Positions 7,309 to 13,167 of a stretch of DNA of 40,070 bases are shown here, piece after piece. This DNA comes from a virus: IMG/VR virus record IMGVR_UViG_3300043137_000143; one strand, given 5' to 3'. The position numbers were made by a program, and so were the translations under genes. Each line of letters opens with the position of its first letter. Position 1 is the stretch's first letter. Under the pieces are notes generated by a model, which searched no databases, was not told the origin of the DNA, and worked only from the letters and a program-made list of their open reading frames with translations.

Positions 7309-7700
7309 TAGTACCAACCTTTCCGTTCGTGAAACTTCCATGCCATACAAGGCGTGCCATACCTATGCATAATGTAGGCGAAGCCTCTGTCAATCTGTAA
7401 TGGTGCTGGTGTCTTAGGGTCTAACCCCAGTATCTGTGGGATACCGCCAGCATTCTTACCCATTACCTTTACCTTATTGTACGCTTCCGTTCGCCAGTTG
7501 GACTCCTGTGTCCATAGTTTATCTAAGCACTCGTACTGGTTAGCAGCCCAAGTAAGTACTACATCTTGAGCATAAGCCTTGCTATCTTCGATAGCCCATT
7601 CCCTTACTGGTAACGGAGTCTCCTCCGTTCGGCTAACCGAACGAGTAAACGCGAATAACACCACTGCTACAACTACAAGTGCAATTACTTTCTTGGTCAT
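7308..7700 (-). CDS. Secreted or membrane-anchored SLT-like lytic transglycosylase
   Basis: N-terminal signal anchor MTKKVIALVVVAVVLFAF, then CLDKLWTQESNWRTEAYN...GGIPQ...YGTPCMAWKFHERKGWY (E-S catalytic motif and GIPQ). Confidence 0.65.
   Translation of the reverse strand: MTKKVIALVVVAVVLFAFTRSVSRTEETPLPVREWAIEDSKAYAQDVVLTWAANQYECLDKLWTQESNWRTEAYNKVKVMGKNAGGIPQILGLDPKTPAPLQIDRGFAYIMHRYGTPCMAWKFHERKGWY
7625..7640. promoter_or_regulatory. Operon palindrome, copy 1
   Basis: gttcggctaaccgaac. It is intragenic, encoding RSVSRTEE of the SLT-like ORF. Confidence 0.6.
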
Positions 7701-8020
7701 ACTGGTACCTCAATCCAAGGTCTAAGCGCTCTGTAACTTATGAGTGCTCGTCCCTCATCAGATAATTTATTGAACCTCTTGCCAGTCATGATGACACGCT
7801 CACCTGCAAGTGTACCACCCCAGATGCCGAATGCCAAGTTTTCTGGTTGCATACCTTGGTCTAGACATTCCTCCTGTGCAGGGCATGAGTTACATAGGGC
7901 GATGGCCCTACCTGCCTCTTGTCCTATCGGTGCTAGTCGCTTGGGTGTGGGTGCGCCAACTGGCACCTCTGGATACCAAGCATCGGGGTTACTATCCCCT
8001 GTGCAGTTACCTCTAATCAT
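7697..8020 (-). CDS. whiB: WhiB-like Fe-S transcription factor
   Basis: C-x36-C-x2-C-x5-C followed by GIWGG. N-terminus CTGDSNPDAWYPE. The start is chosen at ATG 8020 behind GGGGAG; the track's 8056 start is a TTG. Confidence 0.85.
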   Translation of the reverse strand: MIRGNCTGDSNPDAWYPEVPVGAPTPKRLAPIGQEAGRAIALCNSCPAQEECLDQGMQPENLAFGIWGGTLAGERVIMTGKRFNKLSDEGRALISYRALRPWIEVPV

Positions 8021-8144
8021 CTCCCCACATCCTGTCTGGTTCTCCGTCGTAGTCAACTAGGTCGTCAAGTGTATCCTCGTCAAGTTCCTCGTACTCATCA
8101 TCTAACTCGAATACATCGTCATTCAATGGCGGTTCGTAACTCAT
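8013..8144 (-). CDS. Hyper-acidic small protein (43 aa, 20 D/E)
   Basis: Hand translation: MSYEPPLNDDVFELDDEYEELDEDTLDDLVDYDGEPDRMWGDD. TAATG coupling upstream, and its end overlaps the whiB start by 8 nt. Confidence 0.5.
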   Translation of the reverse strand: MSYEPPLNDDVFELDDEYEELDEDTLDDLVDYDGEPDRMWGDD

Positions 8145-8299
8145 TACCCCTCCAATTCGTATGAAGCATAGTCGGCAAACTCCTGACCATACTCATCTAC
8201 TGTGATGTCGTGTGCCACTCGTAGGGCTTGCGCCTCGTTCTCTACATCTTCGACAGTAAGCCATTCCTCATACTTAATCTTCACTCGCATTGTATTCAT
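8144..8299 (-). CDS. Hypothetical small protein (51 aa)
   Basis: Hand translation: MNTMRVKIKYEEWLTVEDVENEAQALRVAHDITVDEYGQEFADYASYELEG. TAATG overlaps at both ends. Confidence 0.5.
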   Translation of the reverse strand: MNTMRVKIKYEEWLTVEDVENEAQALRVAHDITVDEYGQEFADYASYELEG

Positions 8300-8430
8300 T
8301 ATGCCACCTCTCGTAGTAGTAATCGGACTTGCGCTATCTTCCTATCAACTTGTACATCTGTCTGTGCGGTAAGTAGTTGCAGGTAGTCTATCAGGACTTC
8401 CCGTAACTGTTCTCTTTCTTGTACTGTCAT
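8299..8430 (-). CDS. Hypothetical small protein (43 aa)
   Basis: Hand translation: MTVQEREQLREVLIDYLQLLTAQTDVQVDRKIAQVRLLLREVA. An AGGAG RBS overlaps the upstream stop. Confidence 0.5.
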   Translation of the reverse strand: MTVQEREQLREVLIDYLQLLTAQTDVQVDRKIAQVRLLLREVA

Positions 8431-8437
8431 GATGCTC

Positions 8438-8656
8438 CTATCCTGCGTTGTGCGAGGGTACAAATATACGGTACACCTCTACATTTGTCAATTCCTTACC
8501 CCACTCTAGGGCAAGTTCTTTGGTATCGAATGGTCCGTAGTGGACAAGTCCGTCTATGGTTTGTGTCGAGGTAATCCACCCAGCCACCCACATTCCTCTG
8601 AATGGGTCTGTCTGTTCGGTTAACCGAATACTAGAATCCGAAGTTGAAGTACTCAT
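8438..8656 (-). CDS. Hypothetical protein, start uncertain (8656 or 8593)
   Basis: The conserved-looking part is MWVAGWITSTQTIDGLVHYGPFDTKELALEWGKELTNVEVYRIFVPSHNAG. The track start at 8752 would overlap the amidotransferase gene by 122 nt. Confidence 0.5.
   Translation of the reverse strand: MSTSTSDSSIRLTEQTDPFRGMWVAGWITSTQTIDGLVHYGPFDTKELALEWGKELTNVEVYRIFVPSHNAG
8614..8629. promoter_or_regulatory. Operon palindrome, copy 2
   Basis: gttcggttaaccgaat, just downstream of the amidotransferase stop (8631-8633) and 20 nt upstream of ATG 8593. Confidence 0.6.
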
Positions 8657-9467
8657 TGTAGTAGCCAACCTTACCCTTCTTGTTAGATGCGTATCGGTCA
8701 GACTCAGGTGTCCAGCATAGGCAGGTATCTTGGTACATGCCATCGCAGTCATAGCAAGTAAAGCACATCTCGCAATAGTACGGATTAGAGTCTGCTTCTG
8801 CCGTACTTAGGCAGTGAGCGCAACCAACTGTCTCGTAATCATTACTGTCATTGAGTGCTACGGCAGATGACTTACTAGGCGTACCTAGATAGGTAGACCA
8901 TGATGATTGCTTGTAGGTAGAGTTAGACCACCACATGCCCTCATTGTCCCAGTGACCAGCAGTCTCGTTGACAATGTAGCATGTCTCCTTGGCGTTAGGG
9001 TCAAGCGTGAACACTACAATCTTGCTACCAGTAGACCACTTGCTAAGCATAGCCCATACATGGTCATCATCTAGCGCAGTGACACCACCCATGGCAGGTA
9101 AGGTATCCTCTGCAAAGATACGCGTGTCACTTCGTCGGTCGCCTGCACTGATGTTGATGTCAAGGATACCGTTGTGTGCAAGGTATGTATCGTGTGAGTT
9201 AGGCACTCGGAATGGGTGACAGTTGTCCTCATTCTTGACACCATGCGTAGCAAAGCGAGCATGGAACATAGCGTAACTATCTGGATACTGCTTGCGTACT
9301 TCTAGGAACTGCTTGATTACTTTCTTGCTTGACATGCCACGACCAGTGACAATGCCATTAGGTGTGACAACGGCAAAGCCGAAGCCATGCGGGTTATTAC
9401 ATGATGCACATTCCAAGTCCTTCTTACGAGGCGTGGAATTAGGCGAGGCTACAACGAGTAGGCACAT
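8631..9467 (-). CDS. Class-II (Ntn, Cys1) glutamine amidotransferase-like protein with a Cys-rich C-terminal tail
   Basis: MCLLV (Cys right after Met), HGFGFA, HARFATHG, CHPF, LAHNGIL. C-terminal CAHC, CEMCFTCYDC, CLC. Confidence 0.7.
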   Translation of the reverse strand: MCLLVVASPNSTPRKKDLECASCNNPHGFGFAVVTPNGIVTGRGMSSKKVIKQFLEVRKQYPDSYAMFHARFATHGVKNEDNCHPFRVPNSHDTYLAHNGILDINISAGDRRSDTRIFAEDTLPAMGGVTALDDDHVWAMLSKWSTGSKIVVFTLDPNAKETCYIVNETAGHWDNEGMWWSNSTYKQSSWSTYLGTPSKSSAVALNDSNDYETVGCAHCLSTAEADSNPYYCEMCFTCYDCDGMYQDTCLCWTPESDRYASNKKGKVGYYNEYFNFGF

Positions 9468-10720
9468 TAGTTGCTCACATTCTGTTCGGCTAACCGAACG
9501 ACTAGTTTATCTATACGGGCTGATAGTTCTGGATACAAGTCTTCATGTTGGAAGATGTACCACATGAATAAGTCTGCACTAAGCGCACCTTGCGCTACAT
9601 CTTGGACAGTAAGGGTTCGGGTGTACTCAACACTGGCATGTGCTAAGTCTAATTGGGCTTTGATAGTCTCACCGTTGACAGTACCTCGGAAGATACGCAT
9701 CTCTAGTGTCTCGCGGTTGTTGGTATTGACTGCTGAATAGCGGTCGCTATTGCGGTCAGGTTGCAACTTGTGCATGAAGGTACGCTTGGTCTCTATCTCA
9801 TAAAGCATGCCACTGCTCGGTGCTGCTTCTATGCGGTTGCCGTCAGCATCACGCTTGTACTCACGCTGATAGATGTCAGTGAACTTAGCCCATTGGTCAG
9901 ATGTCCGACCTGCTAGGGTCTGATAGAACTCAGGGTTAGAATACACAAGGTTAAGGAAGCGGTGCATGTGTGCGCCACCACTAAACCCAGTGCGTGAGAT
10001 GTGGATGTGTAAGCCACAAGTACGAGTATCCCATGACTTGACTCGATAGGTTGGATTAGTACGCAACTGCTCTAATACAGTCCAGAACTCTTGCGCTTCT
10101 TGCTTGAAGAAACCATGAGACATGGGATGCGTAACTATCTCGAACCCGTTATTAAGCGAGCCGTCATTCTTAAGATACGCTAGGTCTATTGCTTCTAGTT
10201 GCTGTGCATAAGAGGCAGATTCTAACTTGTTATCCCCTGCTTCTACCTCTATCTCTAGCCCGAAGTACAGACGCTCGTTCTTGTCGGTACTATGGAAGAT
10301 AGCATCAGGTCGGTATGAATAGTCATGAATGATGCGACCAGCACCATCATCATCACACCTATCGCAACCATCGGCATTGTACTCGTCGCAATCGTCACAC
10401 CAGTAAGCACCTCGGTCGGTGCAATCCTGACACCAGTGCTCACCTCTGTCTGCGACTCCGGAAGTGCCATTCGAGTTGTATTCCTCACATGACTCGCACC
10501 AATAGGCTCGTCTCTCGGTACATGATTCGCACCATAGATAGTCACCATCTACCATGTGGAAACAGTCATCAGTCGAGCCGATAGAGTCGCAACGCTGGCA
10601 AATCTGCACGCAATCGTCACACACTATACTGTCATACTCTGTATGAATGACATTATCGGCATCAATGTCGGTACTACACACCGCACATTCTGATGTCACT
10701 TTATCATTTACATCTGACAT
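9467..10720 (-). CDS. Amidoligase_2-family (glutamine-synthetase-like) enzyme with an N-terminal array of about four zinc ribbons
   Basis: YFGLEIEVE, NDGSLNNGFEIVTHP, CGLHIHISR, ETLEMRIFRGT. Eight CxxC pairs lie in the first ~125 aa. The stop overlaps the amidotransferase ATG (TAATG). Confidence 0.7.
   Translation of the reverse strand: MSDVNDKVTSECAVCSTDIDADNVIHTEYDSIVCDDCVQICQRCDSIGSTDDCFHMVDGDYLWCESCTERRAYWCESCEEYNSNGTSGVADRGEHWCQDCTDRGAYWCDDCDEYNADGCDRCDDDGAGRIIHDYSYRPDAIFHSTDKNERLYFGLEIEVEAGDNKLESASYAQQLEAIDLAYLKNDGSLNNGFEIVTHPMSHGFFKQEAQEFWTVLEQLRTNPTYRVKSWDTRTCGLHIHISRTGFSGGAHMHRFLNLVYSNPEFYQTLAGRTSDQWAKFTDIYQREYKRDADGNRIEAAPSSGMLYEIETKRTFMHKLQPDRNSDRYSAVNTNNRETLEMRIFRGTVNGETIKAQLDLAHASVEYTRTLTVQDVAQGALSADLFMWYIFQHEDLYPELSARIDKLVVRLAEQNVSN
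9484..9499. promoter_or_regulatory. Operon palindrome, copy 3
   Basis: gttcggctaaccgaac, in the last codons of the amidoligase (VRLAEQN) and 16 nt upstream of the amidotransferase ATG. The minus strand continues CCGAAC-AGA-ATG. Confidence 0.6.
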
Positions 10721-10735
10721 TTTGTTACCTTTCTC

Positions 10736-10751
10736 GTTCGTTTAACCGAAC
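10736..10751. promoter_or_regulatory. Operon palindrome, copy 4 (one arm degenerate)
   Basis: gttcgtttaaccgaac, 15 nt upstream of the amidoligase ATG at 10720. Confidence 0.5.
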
Positions 10752-10785
10752 AGTCGAAACCATTGCGATTTGCAATAGCACTATT

Positions 10786-10956
10786 CTAACCCTTAACTAA
10801 GTTCTTGTCAATTACGGCATTGGCTAACACATCTCTAGCCTCTTCAACTACTTTTGCCAGCCCAGCGTAGCCTTGCTTGACCATGCGGTCATGCTCAGCC
10901 CGAAGTGCCTGCCTCACAAGACTAGCCTGTGCATCAGTAAACTCGACAGTAATCAT
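10786..10956 (-). CDS. Hypothetical small protein (56 aa)
   Basis: Hand translation: MITVEFTDAQASLVRQALRAEHDRMVKQGYAGLAKVVEEARDVLANAVIDKNLVKG. ATGA overlap with the upstream stop. Confidence 0.5.
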   Translation of the reverse strand: MITVEFTDAQASLVRQALRAEHDRMVKQGYAGLAKVVEEARDVLANAVIDKNLVKG

Positions 10957-11138
10957 CTCTGATAACTCATGACAGTCTCGAATACCGCGTCATCTAATTG
11001 GTCAATGAGAGATTCCCATTCGCTGACCGATAGGTCATGCCCGAGGATTTCTTGGACAAGTTGGTAGTCAAGGCGCGACTCCCAGAGAGTGTTTGTGTCG
11101 GAAACTTCCGCCACCAGTTCATCTGCGGTTGGGTACAT
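10953..11138 (-). CDS. Hypothetical acidic protein (61 aa)
   Basis: ORF-track entry. Its ATG immediately follows the upstream TAA. Confidence 0.55.
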   Translation of the reverse strand: MYPTADELVAEVSDTNTLWESRLDYQLVQEILGHDLSVSEWESLIDQLDDAVFETVMSYQR

Positions 11139-11282
11139 TTACTTAGCCTCTCTTAGTTGGCGACGAAGTTTAGTCGTCTGCTTCTCTAGCACATAGATTC
11201 TGCGGAACGCTAAGACTAGAACAACATTAACTGCGAATAGTGCGAGTGTTACTGCGAACACATCACTTGTTTGTAGGTACAT
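11139..11282 (-). CDS. Small membrane protein (47 aa, one TM helix and a basic tail)
   Basis: Hand translation: MYLQTSDVFAVTLALFAVNVVLVLAFRRIYVLEKQTTKLRRQLREAK. AAGGAG RBS. Confidence 0.5.
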   Translation of the reverse strand: MYLQTSDVFAVTLALFAVNVVLVLAFRRIYVLEKQTTKLRRQLREAK

Positions 11283-11302
11283 TACTTACTCCTTTACATG
11301 CC

Positions 11303-11318
11303 GTTCGGTTAGCCGAAC
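11303..11318. promoter_or_regulatory. Operon palindrome, copy 5
   Basis: gttcggttagccgaac, 20 nt upstream of ATG 11282, with AAGGAG between them. Confidence 0.6.
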
Positions 11319-11463
11319 AGATGATAACGCTTTGTTATCACGCGCTCACCGCAAGACTCGCACTTGCGTAACTGCCTATCATGAGCCACCAGCCTAACAC
11401 CTGCCCAAATTCAGGGTAGGCTATCCGCTAAGGTCTTTAGTCTAACATCAAAAGAAGTATGGG

Positions 11464-11607
11464 TCAAGCCTGTTCAATGTTGCTCGCTTCACGCATGGCT
11501 TGAACGCCACGCTCATAACGCTCACGCTCTGCACGCTTCTCATTCAGAATGTTGGTCTGAACTTCAAGGTGTGCGCTTAGGTCTAGGTCAATCATGTCCA
11601 TCTCCAT
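11464..11607 (-). CDS. Hypothetical small coiled-coil-like protein (about 43-47 aa)
   Basis: Hand translation: MEMDMIDLDLSAHLEVQTNILNEKRAERERYERGVQAMREASNIEQA. Three in-frame ATGs are possible; the third has GGAG upstream. Confidence 0.45.
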   Translation of the reverse strand: MEMDMIDLDLSAHLEVQTNILNEKRAERERYERGVQAMREASNIEQA

Positions 11608-11610
11608 TCT

Positions 11611-11626
11611 GTTCGGTTAGCCGAAC
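11611..11626. promoter_or_regulatory. Operon palindrome, copy 6
   Basis: gttcggttagccgaac, 3 nt from ATG 11607 (CCGAAC-AGA-ATG on the minus strand). Confidence 0.6.
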
Positions 11627-11704
11627 GAGTTATAGGTTAGCAACAAGGCAGGAGCCTCGCTGATAGACATTAGTCTACACCATGAAGAAGTTTCTGTCTA
11701 TCGT

Positions 11705-11720
11705 GTTCGGTTAGCCGAAC
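11705..11720. promoter_or_regulatory. Operon palindrome, copy 7
   Basis: gttcggttagccgaac, in the non-coding gap 94 bp upstream of copy 6. Confidence 0.6.
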
Positions 11721-11815
11721 GCTACATAGTTCGGTGGCATGTGTCGCTCGTATGTCGGTGGCATTGGTCGGTCGTTATTCGGTTTGTGTTGGTTTGTGTT
11801 GGACAATTTTTGGGC

Positions 11816-11847
11816 AAAAAAATAACCCCGCTCCCGAAGGAGCGAGG
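11816..11847 (-). terminator. Rho-independent terminator after the first leftward gene
   Basis: Minus-strand RNA: CCUCGCUCC-UUCG-GGAGCGGGG followed by UUAUUUUUUU. The one imperfect pair is a G-U on the minus-strand transcript but a C-A mismatch on the plus-strand one, which fixes the orientation. Confidence 0.8.
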
Positions 11848-11861
11848 CTATTCTCTTTGGC

Positions 11862-12488
11862 TTATGCCATAGCACCAACCTTTGATTCAATAGCCGCATG
11901 GATTTCAGCTATTTGGTCTAACTGATTCTCGCTCAATTCCTCAAAGTTCAATGCGGTGAAGTAGGCGAGAATCTCCGCGAGCGTATCTTTTGGAGCCTTT
12001 GGAGACTTCTCGCTCTTTGGGGTCTTGTTGCTCTTGTCGTTCTTAGCCTTGCGAATGGTAGCGATTTCCTTTTGGAGCGCGTCTAGGGTCTTAATCTGCT
12101 CACCCTTGCCCGCGCCTAGTAGGTCATAACTCGCGCTCGCGGTAGATAGTTGCTTAGCGATAGGCAGGGCGCGAAACTCAGCATGAAGTGAGCGTAACTT
12201 TGACCATGTAGGGAGCGCGGGAGCGTGGCTAGACTTCACGAAAGAGGACACCTTGCCCGAATCCTCTAAGCCTTTTATGAATCGCTTTTGGTCATTCACT
12301 GATAGGCGAGATTCTAAGACCATTGTCGCGGATAGATTCTCAATCGCTTTAATGATGTCGGATTCCGACTTAGCAGAAGTTGAGCATACTGAAGACCAAG
12401 CGCTTACCAACTTTGGAGCCTTAATTGTTACGGTGTTCTTTGGAGCCTTTGTTGTGTTCTTTGCTGTTGCCATTTGGGTTATTTCCAT
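11862..12488 (-). CDS. Hypothetical protein (208 aa), first gene of the leftward unit, with its own terminator
   Basis: Long ORF with a K/T/P-rich N-terminus and an internal KNDKSNKTPKSEKSPKAPK stretch. No fold recognised. The start may be 12488 or the ATG at 12473. Confidence 0.7.
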   Translation of the reverse strand: MEITQMATAKNTTKAPKNTVTIKAPKLVSAWSSVCSTSAKSESDIIKAIENLSATMVLESRLSVNDQKRFIKGLEDSGKVSSFVKSSHAPALPTWSKLRSLHAEFRALPIAKQLSTASASYDLLGAGKGEQIKTLDALQKEIATIRKAKNDKSNKTPKSEKSPKAPKDTLAEILAYFTALNFEELSENQLDQIAEIHAAIESKVGAMA

Positions 12489-12491
12489 TCT

Positions 12492-12507
12492 GTTCGGTTA
12501 GCCGAAT
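12492..12507. promoter_or_regulatory. Operon palindrome, copy 8
   Basis: gttcggttagccgaat, 3 nt from ATG 12488 (CCGAAC-AGA-ATG on the minus strand). It shares the 21-nt string ctgttcggttagccgaatggg with copy 9. Confidence 0.6.
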
Positions 12508-12625
12508 GGGGCGGTGTTGCCCGATTTGGTAAGAGAATCGTACCATGGCAAAAGGTTTTGCAACACCATAGGCGGGCGGGCGCGGGCGGGAATCTAGGCG
12601 GGCGCGTGAGCCTGAGCATGAGCCT

Positions 12626-12641
12626 GTTCGGTTAGCCGAAT
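12626..12641. promoter_or_regulatory. Operon palindrome, copy 9
   Basis: gttcggttagccgaat, 134 bp upstream of copy 8 in the control region. Confidence 0.6.
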
Positions 12642-13167
12642 GGGTAGCGGATAAGTAGTTGAAAGTTCAACCATCTCCCGCCTATCTATCTGCGCTGCAA
12701 TTTATTTATTTATTACGGGGGCAATTCATTTATGAAGTGACCGCATTGGATAGTTACTCTCACACAATTAAAACATGCACACAATAACGCCAGAATAAGC
12801 GCATAAGCGCTATCTTTGACCCGAGGTTTATTAAAAAGCGAGGTGTTATTATATATATACTCCCATAATTATTTTCTGTTATATTTAATCCCCCCCCTCA
12901 GAGTACTAAAAGTACTCCTCGGAGAGTGTGACTTACGTCACATCGTGAGCGTAAGATATGCGGGTCTGGGAAAATACTTTCCCAACCCACTCGGAAAAGA
13001 CCCGTTTGAACGGGTCTTCTATAGTATATAGATTAATATATACGGAGTCGCTCCGTTTAAGACTCCGCTCCTCCTATATATATAGATTTTGAAATTTTTT
13101 TTTAAGGATGCCACCCTTATGCCGTTTAGAGGGTACGTTAAATCGGCGTTAGAGGACAGGATATAAC

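Noticed and set aside
7740-8060. 106-aa and 68-aa + strand ORFs opposite whiB
   Set aside because: The minus-strand frame encodes an unmistakable WhiB motif set, so the + strand ORFs are antisense shadows.
11711-11925. Two overlapping ~62-aa ORFs (11711..11899 - and 11734..11925 +)
   Set aside because: They span the rho-independent terminator, the direct repeats and the 3' end of the 208-aa gene. They have no RBS and implausible composition.
12513-12568. Possible tRNA or other small RNA gene in the GGTGTTGC...GCAACACC inverted repeat
   Set aside because: I could fit no cloverleaf, there is no GTTCRANYC T-loop box, and the loop is about 40 nt. I saw no tRNA-like sequence elsewhere in the window either.
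7625-12641. The nine palindromes as a CRISPR array or as MITE/transposon ends
   Set aside because: The repeats are only 16-20 bp with irregular spacing of 94 to 1250 bp. They lie within or between ordinary genes, with no cas or transposase genes and no target-site duplications.
12816-13031. 71-aa ORF in the large intergenic region
   Set aside because: It has a non-ATG start and no RBS. It runs through AT-rich tracts, a C8 run and several perfect palindromes, and its product looks random (LLYIYSHNYFLLYLIPP). I treat it as non-coding regulatory DNA.
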